From: Planctomycetaceae bacterium
GTDB taxonomy: Bacteria; Planctomycetota; Planctomycetia; Pirellulales; UBA1268
Reading direction: 5' to 3'
Assembly (NCBI GenBank): GCA_027486095.1
Contig: JAIXPT010000114.1
Location: 1 to 43,911 of the forward strand
Length of the DNA stretch: 43,911 bases
Numbering within the stretch: position 1 is the first letter of the stretch; the number at the start of each line of letters is the position of its first letter. Shown one piece after another: positions 33,268 through 42,071 of the stretch. The notes beneath the pieces were generated by a model. That model did not search any database. It was not told the DNA's origin and saw only the letters and a program-made list of their open reading frames with translations. Position numbers and translations under genes: made by a program.

Positions 33268-33440
33268 CTAGTCTCCCTCCCACTTGAACGTGCTGGCGAG
33301 CAGTTCCGTTTGTTGGAGAGCGCCCACGTGGCCGCTTGGCAAGCGGGGCAGAGGCACGCCCCAATCCGGCCGATAGGGGCGAACGGTTCCTCGCATGCCG
33401 CTCACAATGACACGCTCAGCCAGGCGGGCAATGCTCGTCC
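33268..33440 (-). pseudogene. Possible C-terminal fragment of an alpha/beta-hydrolase-fold gene
   Basis: The minus strand reads ...LAERVIVSGMRGTVRPYRPDWGVPLPRLPSGHVGALQQTELLASTFKWEGD-stop. This resembles the end of alpha/beta hydrolases (lvi.G..D ... ip.aGH....E.Pe....i..F). No N-terminal body is present. Confidence 0.3.
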
Positions 33441-33466
33441 CCGGTGCGGTCGCGGTCGCCTGCCCA

Positions 33467-33516
33467 CTATCCAACAGTCACCATGGAGGGACTCCCACAT
33501 GGTGACCGTTGGATAG
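33467..33516. repeat. 19-bp inverted repeat with a 12-nt spacer
   Basis: ctatccaacagtcaccatg (33467-33485) and catggtgaccgttggatag (33498-33516), with 1 mismatch. Spacer is gagggactccca. Confidence 0.85.
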
Positions 33517-33541
33517 CCCCAGGACACCAGAAATCCGGCGG

Positions 33542-33889
33542 CTATCGCAACGGGAGATGAATCAGGCGGTTGCGAAACTCGTCCGCTGTCATGCCCGCCA
33601 GGCAGAGCTCGGCGTCCTCAATCAGCTGTCCAATCGGCGTGCCCTGGGCCGCGAACAGAATTCCGCTGAAGGTGATACCCTGCCGCTGCCACCGCGATGC
33701 AATCTCGAGGAAGTCCGTGTCCTGCGTGAGCAACACCCGCCCAACGGCTGTTGCCCGTGCCAGCAGGTCGTCGTCCGACATCCCGCCCGCGGAGTCGTCT
33801 TGGGCGGTGCGGACATCGATCTGCTTTCGACGAAGCCCCGCCGAAATGCTCGCCGGTACATGCACATCCATGCATACGGCCAGCGGCAT
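33542..33889 (-). CDS. DUF5615-family PIN-like (Mut7-C-like) putative toxin
   Basis: CMDVHVPASISAGLRRKQIDVRTAQDD...LLTQDTDFLEIA is the typical DUF5615 pattern. It sits 8 nt downstream of the DUF433 gene. Confidence 0.75.
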   Translation of the reverse strand: MPLAVCMDVHVPASISAGLRRKQIDVRTAQDDSAGGMSDDDLLARATAVGRVLLTQDTDFLEIASRWQRQGITFSGILFAAQGTPIGQLIEDAELCLAGMTADEFRNRLIHLPLR

Positions 33890-33897
33890 GCGGTGGC

Positions 33898-34245
33898 TTA
33901 CCCGTTGCGGCCCTGGGCTCGGGCACGGCGACGAAGAAGCTCATCACGTGAGACGGGTTCCAGCCCGCGGTGCCGTTCAGCGAGAGATTTACCATCCTCG
34001 ATGGCCGACAGGATGCTGGCGTGATGGTCGTGAAAGTAGGCGAGCGCTGCATAGACCTCGGCCGGCCGCAGGTCGGGATGCTGTCGCAGAATCTCCTCCG
34101 CAGACCAGCCATAAAAATACTGCTCCGCGGCGATGTGCTCGACGGTGTACCGAGAGCCCTTGATCACAGCCTTGCCATCGGTCGCGAGGCCGATGTGCGG
34201 GTATGTGTCAGCGGTCGCCACGAGAAACCTCCTGCGGGCTTGCAC
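33898..34245 (-). CDS. DUF433-family putative antitoxin
   Basis: GKAVIKGSRYTVEHIAAEQYFYGWSAEEILRQHPDLRPAEVYAALAYFHDHH matches the DUF433 pattern (gkP.I.GTRi.V..I......G.s.eEI...yP.Lt...v.aAL.Yy). The true start is probably internal (VATADTYPHI). Confidence 0.75.
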   Translation of the reverse strand: MQARRRFLVATADTYPHIGLATDGKAVIKGSRYTVEHIAAEQYFYGWSAEEILRQHPDLRPAEVYAALAYFHDHHASILSAIEDGKSLAERHRGLEPVSRDELLRRRARAQGRNG

Positions 34246-34403
34246 ACGAGAATTCTACCGTGCATCCGGAGTTGGATCCTAGTCGATCATCCGATCGCCA
34301 TCGGTTGGCCCGCATATCCGGGGCCGGGGCTGCTGAAGGGCTACCGTAGGTATTTTGCACGATCCCCACGTATTCCGATCATGGCCTTCAGCGGGCACAA
34401 CTC

Positions 34404-34646
34404 ATGGCCACCGTCCGGATCACGATTCCCGATGCCCTCGCTGAGGAGGCCGCTGCCGAAGGCTTGCTTGAGCCCGGCTCGATCGAGGCGATCCTGCGCG
34501 AACGGCTCGCGGCAGCCCGCATTGCGAAGATGCAAGTGAAGCGGCAGAAGCTCGCTGTAGCCGGAACGCCTCCCATGACGGCTGAAGAGATCGAGGCCGA
34601 GATCCAGGCGTATCGTGCGGAGCGGCGCCGCGCGGCTGGTGCTTGA
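34404..34646 (+). CDS. Small antitoxin-like protein (VapB-type partner of a PIN toxin), now orphaned
   Basis: 80 aa: MATVRITIPDALAEEAAAEG...MTAEEIEAEIQAYRAERR. Its 3' end overlaps an ATG followed by a PIN-type N-terminus. Confidence 0.55.
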   Translation: MATVRITIPDALAEEAAAEGLLEPGSIEAILRERLAAARIAKMQVKRQKLAVAGTPPMTAEEIEAEIQAYRAERRRAAGA

Positions 34647-34655
34647 CACTCGGGC
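34615..34655 (+). pseudogene. First ~12 codons of a PIN-domain (VapC-like) toxin, truncated
   Basis: MRSGAARLVLDT has the canonical VapC start (..vLDTnV). After LDT the reading frame loses all PIN character. The convergent AbiEii gene ends at 34696. Confidence 0.35.
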
Positions 34656-34695
34656 CGGGAAGACGCAGTCCCGCCATAGTGGTTCCGCTAACGGC

Positions 34696-35586
34696 TCAGG
34701 CAGAGCCGCGCCGCTCCACGCCATCCAAAAGATCAGGAATGGTCGTCCTGCGAATCGTGTCGATGACGGATTGCGACGACTTCCACGACTCGCCGGACAG
34801 CCGCGAGACAAGTTCGCCCCACACTCGCCCGAACGCCTTCACGGCGTCGGCGTCGTCGAACCGAACGCCGGGCGGCAGAAGAGGTGTGACGTCTTCCGTC
34901 AGGCTGCGCGTGAGCTTCTGCAGCATCCGCTCCTCGGCGTTTGCCCGGCTGATGAGGTGCCCTTCGAGGGCGAGGTAATGGTGAAAGCAGTCGAGCAATC
35001 GCTCGGCGTCGAGCAGGCGTGACATCAGCCCCTCGTTGAGATCGAATAAATCGCGGTTCTTGTTTCGCTGGAGAAAGGCCCGCAGCTTCGTGCCAAAGAT
35101 TTCCTCCGGCTCGAACGAGAGGATCTCGGCGCGGGCCTGATGCCAGTCGCTCTCAACGGTGAATGGGTAAGCCCGGAGGCCATGGCGGCTTTGATGCTCC
35201 CGCGTGTTGACTTCGATCTTCAGCTTGAGTGGCTCCCCGCCTCCTGTTTCGGGGGAGAATCTGAACACGAGATGAATCGAATGCTGGGTTTGTGTTCGGC
35301 GGCATTTTCCCAGCCACGACAATGCGTTCCTGATCCCATCGATGATGTCGCCGATGGGCTCCGCACGCGTCTGCACCAGATCGATGTCCTCGGAGTATCG
35401 AAGCGGCCGCTGGAAGAGCAGTTTGTGGATCGCCGTGCCGCCGCGGAAGGCGATCCGGTGGCGAAGGGCCGGACTTGTGAACAGGTCACACAATGCGCGA
35501 GAGATAATCAGGTCCTGCTCCACCTGCCGAAGATCGGACCAGGGAGCCGAGGCGGTCCATTGCTGGATGAAGGCCAGTGGAATCAT
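34696..35586 (-). CDS. AbiEii/AbiGii-family nucleotidyltransferase toxin (second copy, divergent from 32021..32983)
   Basis: VEQDLIISRALCDLF...FRGGTAIHKLLFQRPLRYSEDIDLV. Start ATG 35584-35586 overlaps the upstream TGA as ATGA. Confidence 0.85.
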   Translation of the reverse strand: MIPLAFIQQWTASAPWSDLRQVEQDLIISRALCDLFTSPALRHRIAFRGGTAIHKLLFQRPLRYSEDIDLVQTRAEPIGDIIDGIRNALSWLGKCRRTQTQHSIHLVFRFSPETGGGEPLKLKIEVNTREHQSRHGLRAYPFTVESDWHQARAEILSFEPEEIFGTKLRAFLQRNKNRDLFDLNEGLMSRLLDAERLLDCFHHYLALEGHLISRANAEERMLQKLTRSLTEDVTPLLPPGVRFDDADAVKAFGRVWGELVSRLSGESWKSSQSVIDTIRRTTIPDLLDGVERRGSA

Positions 35587-36401
35587 TCGTCGATCTCCAC
35601 GGCCGTGTTCATGATCAGTTTCCAATCAGGAATCCGCTCGGTCGCCATGGCCTTCTGCGGCAGCAAGTGCTTGGCCGATGGGTCGATCGCCGTGAATGAC
35701 TTGGCTTTGACGGCGAAAGGGCGCAGGGCTCTGGCTTGGCGGGCATGCCCGAAACGCTCGAGCAAGTAGCCGAGTCTGCGGACGGACGTGTTTTCATAGG
35801 CGACCGCCGCCTCTGCCAGGATGCGACCGTTCGCTTTTCTGCCGAGATCATGGGCTGCCTGAGCGGCACCGTTGATTCCGCCCGCGCGGTGGAAATAGCG
35901 GCATATGTCGAGCAGGGTCAGTTCCACGCCCGCGATCTTGGCGAACCCCGCTTCCGTCTTCAGTCGGTTGAGCCACTCGGGGTGATTTGAGCGAGCGAAA
36001 GTCTGCGGGGCGTGGAACAGGAACTCGACGCGTTGCCGGCCGATCTCAATGGGAGGGAGCTGCCGCGGTGCGACCACCTGGAAGACCATGGCGGCCTGAT
36101 GCGCTGACCCGTGAAAAGCCGCTGCCCGGAGGAGCGAAATCCGGTAGTCGAGCCCGAGATGCTTCATCAGCGGATCAATCCAGCGGGCAGGATCAGGCGC
36201 CCCGAGCACTCGATCCTCGGGCCGAAGGATCAGATAAAAGCCTCGGCGAGGGGAGACGAGCCTGCTTTTCTTGGACAGCCGCGTGGCGGCCGCCTGAAAC
36301 GCCTTGGGCGATTGGCGGAGAGCGGCCAATGCGGCTGGCTTCGTGAACCATCCGCGGCCCATGGCTAGCTGCTGATCGATAAAGCCCTCGAGGTCGGCCA
36401 T
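35583..36401 (-). CDS. AbiEi-family antitoxin (second pair)
   Basis: GWFTKPAALAAL...ATRLSKKSRLVSPRRGFYLI wHTH, followed by the AbiEi_4-like C-terminal domain. Translationally coupled to the AbiEii gene. Confidence 0.8.
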   Translation of the reverse strand: MADLEGFIDQQLAMGRGWFTKPAALAALRQSPKAFQAAATRLSKKSRLVSPRRGFYLILRPEDRVLGAPDPARWIDPLMKHLGLDYRISLLRAAAFHGSAHQAAMVFQVVAPRQLPPIEIGRQRVEFLFHAPQTFARSNHPEWLNRLKTEAGFAKIAGVELTLLDICRYFHRAGGINGAAQAAHDLGRKANGRILAEAAVAYENTSVRRLGYLLERFGHARQARALRPFAVKAKSFTAIDPSAKHLLPQKAMATERIPDWKLIMNTAVEIDE

Positions 36402-36477
36402 GCCCGAATCATATCAGAAAAGCAACGCATGGAGGTGATTTCCCAATATGATCCGGGCGGGCGACTTTCTTGTGAAA

Positions 36478-38610
36478 TCAACTCTTGTGTTTGGTTTTCC
36501 TAGGCTTTCGTGCTGCCGCCCTGCGGTCGTAGGCGAGGGGAACGATCGCCTCAGCATGGCTGGCCGCCGGCGCCGCCTTGGCGGTCGGGCTCGCGTTGAT
36601 TGAGTCCCACACCGAGACGGAAGCGACGGCGCGATCCGTCGGCCTTCGACGCTCGACCACCGCCAGGGCCGGGACGGCGTTGATCGTGAACCGGGCGACC
36701 ATCTGGGGCTTCGCCTGACCCTCGGCCTGCCGCGTCTCGAGGATGACGTCACCCACGAGGGCCTTGAGCACCTGAGCGGCGACACCCACGTCGCCTTGCA
36801 GAAGGTCACGCAGGTGCGTGAGCGCCGCGACCACGTCCTTCTCCTTGACGCTCTTCACGTTCGGCCGCCGGCCGGCACGCTGGAGCTCCTTGAGCTGCTC
36901 CCGCTTTGCCGCCAGTTGTCGGCCCATCTCTTTGGCCTTGGCGAGCACGGCGTCGAGATGCGTGTCGTCGAGCTTGGCGAGCCGGTCGGTCAGCCGCTTC
37001 AGTTGCCGGTCCTCGTTCGCGATTTCTTGCTCGAGCTTCTTCGTCGATGGTATCGGTCGTCGGGCCAGTTCTGCGAGCCGCGTATTCACGTCAGCTGTGA
37101 GGTCGGCGATGAATCCATCGGTGAAGAGCGTCGCCATGACGGCGCCGAGCACCGCCTCGTCGATGATTCGGGCCGACTTGTAGCCGCGGTTCGTGCAGCC
37201 GTGGATTCCGTTTTTCGCATTGAAGCAGAAGAAGCTCTGGTACTTGCCAACCGATCGACCAAGGATCATCGGGTTGCCGCAGCATCCACAGACCGGCCGG
37301 ATCAGCACCTTGGGGTAGAGGTCCACGCGGTGGGCCGTCTTCCGGCGATCCTTCGCCTTCCGGCCGAAGGACTCGGCGCCGAGCCCGAGCTTCCGCTTGA
37401 CAGCCTCCGCCAACTCGTCCGACAGAATCCGCAGGTGCGGCATGTCCCGCCAGATCCATTCGGACGCGGTCAGATGGATGACCTTCTTCTTGCCCGTCTG
37501 CCGATCCGTCACCTGCTTGGTCTTGCGAAACACGTCCTTGTCGATGAGTTTCTCGCGGCCGTAGTGCTGGCGGACCCGGCTGTCGGACCACGTCTGCTTG
37601 CCGCCCACCTTGTGCTCGTTGAAGAGCCTCGCGACGTCGACCGCGCTCTTGCCCTCGTAGGCGATCATCTCGGCGCCCCGTCGCGTCCAGTCTGCTGCCT
37701 CGGGGTCGATCTCGACGACCTTCTCGATGGTGTTCTTGTGGGTGATCACGAGGTTGCCGTTGGCGTCTTTCAGGTCAACGAGCCGGTAGCCGACGCCGGG
37801 TGGCTGGATGTTGTCGCCACGGCGGAAGGCGTCGTCCATGCCCCGCTTCACCTTGGACCTCAGCTGCGTGATGAACGCCTCGTTCATCGAGCCGAGCAGG
37901 GGAAGCAGGAGCGAGGATTGGGGATTGGCACTGTCGTAGCCATCGCTGGCACCGACGACGCGGACGCCAGTTGCCTCCGCCAGTTCCCCGTGCCGCAGCG
38001 ACTCGATCGTGTTGCGGCTCAGGCGGGAGAGGTCGTCGATCAGGAACCACGTCACGCCGAACTCGTCATGCCGCTCGACGATCGTTTTGGCGAGCGTGTA
38101 GCCGGTGCGGCAGGCGAGCGTGCCGCTGACGGCGGCGTCGGCCAGCACGTAGTGCCAGGGCACGAAGACGCCGTCCCGTCGAGCGCGGTTCAGGACGTTG
38201 AGAAGCTGCTAGTCGAGCGACCGCGGGTTGGAGTTCTCGTCGCTGAACCGCAGGTTTGCGACCGCCAGAGCGATCCAGGCGATCGGCGTATCGCCCGGGC
38301 GGAAGACGTCCGCGTGCTGTTGCCGGAATCGCCGCTCGAAGTCGTCGGCCATCGCCGCGATCGTGGCGGGGTCAGCTGCCGGCACGGCGGCCGTTCCGGC
38401 GAGGTCGGGCCAGAGCCGGGCCTGAACCTCGAGGTAGGTGCGAGCCAGGTCGAGAAGCCCCTGCCGCTCGGGCATGCCGAAGTCGGCGCTGCGGAACCGC
38501 CCGCGGCGGCTGGGGGCCGGGGTGCTGCTACTGGCACCGGAGAACTGGGGGGCAGGGGAGGAGGAAGAAACACTGCCGGCGGGGCCGGCGTCGTCATTGA
38601 AACGAAGCAT
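36478..38610 (-). pseudogene. Large serine recombinase interrupted by an in-frame TAG (38209-38211) right after the catalytic-serine motif
   Basis: ORFs 38209..38610 and 36478..38163 share one frame. Read through, the junction is ...IALAVANLRFSDENSNPRSLD-TAG-QLLNVLNRARRDGVFVPWHYVLADAAVSG..., which matches the resolvase N-terminus (yaRvSt.eQ...SL..Q). Downstream are the recombinase domain, a zinc-ribbon (CGCCGNPM...CFNAKNGIHGC) and a coiled coil. Confidence 0.8.
36651..36715 (-). repeat. Segment of the recombinase gene duplicated at 39391..39455
   Basis: 60 of 65 positions are identical between the two copies at a constant offset of 2740 nt. Confidence 0.85.
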
Positions 38611-38885
38611 GGGAGAAACCTCGGAGGCGATGAATTGCCTCCGGGGTGGAGCAGGGGGGCGGGCTTGAGCCCGTCCCCGTCAGCTGCCTCCGCGTTTACG
38701 CCGAGAGGCCGATCGCGACCGCACCGCATCCCCGTCGAACCAGATCTGGAACGGAAAGGGGTACGGGCAGAGACCGGTGGATTTCTCGGGCGTTTCGCGA
38801 AGGGGCTGCCTCATCAGGGAACGCACGTCGCGGGTCGCCCCCACTGGTGAGTGCGGATTGAAAGGCATGCTGCCGAGATGCCCCC

Positions 38886-39119
38886 GTGCTGACGTGCTGC
38901 TGGTGTCGTGGCCTGGTTGAGCTTGTTTTTTTGGTCGATGAGGCCCCTGAGGGTGGCTTTACCGCCAGGGCCGTTGGTGAGTCGATCTTTACCGAGGTCG
39001 ACTCGCTCGACGCACTGCGGGCCAACGTTCTGTCTGCAGTGGAGTGTCACTTTGACGAGGGGCAGGCCCCGAAGGTGATCCGGCTCCACATCGTCCGTGA
39101 CGAGATTCTGGCTCCATGA
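38886..39119 (+). CDS. HicB-like antitoxin (the small family often mis-annotated as 2-oxoisovalerate dehydrogenase)
   Basis: LVFLVDEAPEGGFTARAVGESIFTEVDSLDALRANVLSAVECHFDEGQAPKVIRLHIVRDEILAP matches the pattern I recall for this family. The true start is probably an internal TTG/GTG. Confidence 0.6.
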   Translation: MLTCCWCRGLVELVFLVDEAPEGGFTARAVGESIFTEVDSLDALRANVLSAVECHFDEGQAPKVIRLHIVRDEILAP

Positions 39120-39226
39120 GTCCGCGGCTGCCGCGGAATCTTTCCGGGGCCGAGCTTGCCAAACGACTCGAGGCCTACGGGTATGCGGTGACGCGACAAA
39201 AGGGTTCGCGCTCAAATCTCCGTTGA
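39116..39226 (+). pseudogene. Truncated/frameshifted hicA toxin gene
   Basis: MSPRLPRNLSGAELAKRLEAYGYAVTRQKGS then RSNLR-stop, 36 codons in total. HicA proteins continue ~30 aa beyond the GSH motif. ATG overlaps the hicB-like stop. Confidence 0.6.
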
Positions 39227-39390
39227 GACGGACTCAGAACGAAAGAACGTCAACAGAACACAACCCGTAAACCGCCTCGTGGCCGCGCGAGACCGTTGGG
39301 AGAGGTCTCGCGGGCCACTGCCCAGGAGCGCTACACCTTAAACAGGGCCCCAGACTGTCCAACAAATGGGGTCCACCTCAGGCCCCCAAC

Positions 39391-39455
39391 GATCGAGCAC
39401 CGCCAAGGCCGGCACGGCGTTGATCGTGAACCGGGCGACCATCTAGGGCTTCGCC
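39391..39455 (-). repeat. Orphan 65-bp fragment of a serine-recombinase gene (copy of 36651..36715) carrying a stop
   Basis: The minus strand translates as AKP-stop-MVARFTINAVPALAVLD, versus AKPQMVARFTINAVPALAVVE in the recombinase. The flanks are unrelated. Confidence 0.8.
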
Positions 39456-39564
39456 GGCGTCCTCGCGGAAATCTGGAAACTATTCAGGGTGGATTTGCAG
39501 TGGCTCTCGCGCGATCACTCGCCTGAGCCCCTTGCGGCAGCGGATCCGGTAGAGTGAACGTCAC

Positions 39565-40188
39565 ATGACAGACGGCATCATTCATCGCGACGGCCGGCTG
39601 CTCGTGCTTGAGAAGCCCGCGGGGCTGTTGGCCGTGCCGGGGCGGGGGCCCGACCTTCAGGATTGCCTCGCGGCGCGGGTGCAACGCGTCATGCCGACGG
39701 CCCTTGTCGTGCACAGGCTCGATCGCGACACGTCGGGGCTGATGCTCATGGCCCTCGACGCCGACGCACAGCGGGAGCTGAGCCGGCAGTTTGAGGCCCG
39801 CACGGTGCAGAAGGCGTATGAGTGCGTCGTGCACGGAGTGCCCACGGCCGATGAGGGACTCATCGATCTGCCGATCGGCCGCGATCCGCTCCGGCCGCCG
39901 CGGTATCGGATCGACGACGTGCTGGGGCGGCCGTCGCAGACCCGCTGGCGGGTGCTCGCCCGCCTGGGCGACCGCACCCGGCTGGAAGTCGAGCCGATCA
40001 CCGGCCGCTCACACCAGATCCGGCTGCATCTCGCTACGCTCGGCCACGCGATTCTCGGCGATCCGCTCTACGCCGACGACGAAGCACGCGCCTTGGCCCC
40101 GCGCCTGCTCCTGCATGCGACCTCGCTTGCGATCGCGCATCCCGACGACGGCCGGCCCGCTGCCTGGCGGTCGGTGTGCCCGTTTTGA
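39565..40188 (+). CDS. RluA-family pseudouridine synthase
   Basis: LLVLEKPAGLLAVPG, catalytic HRLDRDTSGLMLMA, and TGRSHQIRLHLATLGHAILGDPLY. Confidence 0.9.
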   Translation: MTDGIIHRDGRLLVLEKPAGLLAVPGRGPDLQDCLAARVQRVMPTALVVHRLDRDTSGLMLMALDADAQRELSRQFEARTVQKAYECVVHGVPTADEGLIDLPIGRDPLRPPRYRIDDVLGRPSQTRWRVLARLGDRTRLEVEPITGRSHQIRLHLATLGHAILGDPLYADDEARALAPRLLLHATSLAIAHPDDGRPAAWRSVCPF

Positions 40189-40302
40189 GCATCGGCCCGC
40201 GGCGGCGGCGTTGAAGATGTTGGTGACTCAGCCAGGCGTTGACGTACACTGCGAAACTGCAAGCAGTTGTGTCAAAGAGGCCATGCGGCAAAACCTCGTT
40301 CC

Positions 40303-40998
40303 ATGATGCACCAGCCCGCCCTGTCGCGCCGTCTTTGCGCCGAAGCGTTCGGCACGTTCTGCCTCGTGTTTGCCGGCACCGGGGCGGCTGTCGTCGATGA
40401 GGTGACAGGGGGCGGTGTCTCGCATGTGGGTGTGGCGCTCGCGTTTGGCTTGGTCGTGATGGCGATGGTGTATGCGCTTGGGAACGTCTCTGGCTGCCAT
40501 ATCAACCCGGCGGTGACGCTCGGGCTGTGGGCTGCCGGCCGGTGCGAGCGGTCGCTCGTGCTGCCCTTCATCGCCAGCCAGTGCGCCGGGGCCCTGCTGG
40601 CGAGTGGCACGCTGCGCGTGCTCTTTCCAGAGAGCGGCACGCTCGGGGCGACCCTGCCTGCCGGCAGCGTGCTGCAGTCGCTCGTGTTCGAATTCATCCT
40701 GACGCTGATCCTCATGGTCGTGATTCTGAGCGTCGCCTCGGGAGGCAGCGAGATAAAGCAGATCGGGGGCATCGTCATCGGCGGAGTAATCGGTCTCGAA
40801 GCCCTGTTTGCCGGGCCGATCAGCGGCGCGTCGATGAACCCGGCTCGGTCGTTTGCCCCGGCCGTCGCGACGATGCACTTCGACCACCTCTGGCTCTACA
40901 TCGTCGGTCCGATTGCCGGAGCGTTGGCGGGTGTGCCGTTGGGCCGCTTCATGCATCCGCCGTCAGGTTTCAAGGCAGAAGTCCGTGGAGAAAGTTGA
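40303..40998 (+). CDS. MIP-family channel (aquaglyceroporin; probable arsenite channel given its neighbours)
   Basis: Two NPA boxes (HINPAVTLG and SMNPARSFAP). Six hydrophobic segments. Its stop overlaps the arsC ATG by 1 nt. Confidence 0.9.
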   Translation: MMHQPALSRRLCAEAFGTFCLVFAGTGAAVVDEVTGGGVSHVGVALAFGLVVMAMVYALGNVSGCHINPAVTLGLWAAGRCERSLVLPFIASQCAGALLASGTLRVLFPESGTLGATLPAGSVLQSLVFEFILTLILMVVILSVASGGSEIKQIGGIVIGGVIGLEALFAGPISGASMNPARSFAPAVATMHFDHLWLYIVGPIAGALAGVPLGRFMHPPSGFKAEVRGES

Positions 40999-41396
40999 TG
41001 AAGACCCTGTTGTTCGTCTGCGTCGAGAATTCGAACCGCAGCCAAATGGCCGAAGCCTTCGCCCGGATGCACGGCGGCGACAGGGTGCACGCCGCCAGTG
41101 CCGGCTCACGGCCATCGGGCCGGATCAACCCGAAGGCGATCGAGGCCATGAAGGAGTTGGGCTATGACCTCACGGCCCACTCGTCCAAGGGCTTGGAGGA
41201 TTTCAACGGGCAGGCGGTGGACGTGGCCATTACGATGGGGTGCGGCGACGAATGCCCGCTCGTGCAGGCCGGTCGGCGCGAAGACTGGCAGATTCCGGAT
41301 CCGCGAGAGATGTCGCCCGAGGAGTTTCGCGGCGTCAGGGACTTGATCGAGAACAAGGTGCGGGCGTTGCTCGCGGCCCTCGGCGTTGCTTGCTGA
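40998..41396 (+). CDS. arsC: Low-molecular-weight phosphatase-type arsenate reductase
   Basis: LLFVCVENSNRSQMAEA is the CX5R P-loop of LMW-PTP ArsC. Downstream are GCGDECP cysteines. 132 aa. Confidence 0.9.
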   Translation: MKTLLFVCVENSNRSQMAEAFARMHGGDRVHAASAGSRPSGRINPKAIEAMKELGYDLTAHSSKGLEDFNGQAVDVAITMGCGDECPLVQAGRREDWQIPDPREMSPEEFRGVRDLIENKVRALLAALGVAC

Positions 41397-41406
41397 AAGG
41401 TTCACG

Positions 41407-41838
41407 ATGACCGTTGCCGAATTGCGGGCCGTTTTGGCCGCCCATCCTGACGCGAAGATGCACTGGATGCTGCCAGACAAGTCGTTCGTTCCGGAGCATT
41501 ACCACATCACCGAGGTGGGGCGTGTGCACAAGGACTTCATCGACTGTGGCGGCACGATCCGTTCGTCGAGCACCTGCCTGCTCCAGATCTGGGTGGCCAA
41601 TGACACGGATCATCGGCTCCACACGACCACGCTCGCCACGATCATGGAGGTCGCCAAGCCCGTGCTGCAAAGCGACGAGCTGCCGGTCGAGGTCGAGTAT
41701 GAGGAAGGAGCGATCTCGCAGTATCCCGTGGGCGGAGTCGAAGTCACGCCCGCCGGCCTGCTGTTCTATCTCGGCACCAAGCACACCGCGTGCCTCGCCC
41801 CCGAGAAGTGCGGCGTGGATGGCAAAGGCTGCTGCTGA
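41407..41838 (+). CDS. DUF6428-like protein of ars clusters
   Basis: MTVAELRAVLAAHPD..MHWMLPDKSFVPEHYHITEVG... with a C-terminal Cys-rich tail (KCGVDGKGCC). It is positioned after arsC. The family assignment is from memory. Confidence 0.65.
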   Translation: MTVAELRAVLAAHPDAKMHWMLPDKSFVPEHYHITEVGRVHKDFIDCGGTIRSSSTCLLQIWVANDTDHRLHTTTLATIMEVAKPVLQSDELPVEVEYEEGAISQYPVGGVEVTPAGLLFYLGTKHTACLAPEKCGVDGKGCC

Positions 41839-42071
41839 GAGCGGTGTCGAAGCAGGCTGGCGACAAGCCGGTGGATTGGATTCGAACGAGTCGGGCAGCG
41901 GCCACTGGCGGACGAGCAGCGGCTGCAGATCGCTCCGCCGGGTGTCGTGCACGGGCCACGGGTCTTCAAAAAAGCTCGAGGAGGCGTGGAGCGCGATGCC
42001 GAGAAGCATGGCGAAGCCGCGTGGCAGGCACGGTCGATGCTCTCCCAGGCAGGCCGATGCGATGGTCCGAT

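Noticed and set aside
38611-38885. Two GC-rich hairpins (about 38620-38646 and about 38655-38680) and small ORFs upstream of the recombinase, considered as att sites or genes
   Set aside because: The stems are imperfect, I found no repeat partner elsewhere in the window, and the ORFs are compositionally spurious. Nothing testable beyond noting them.
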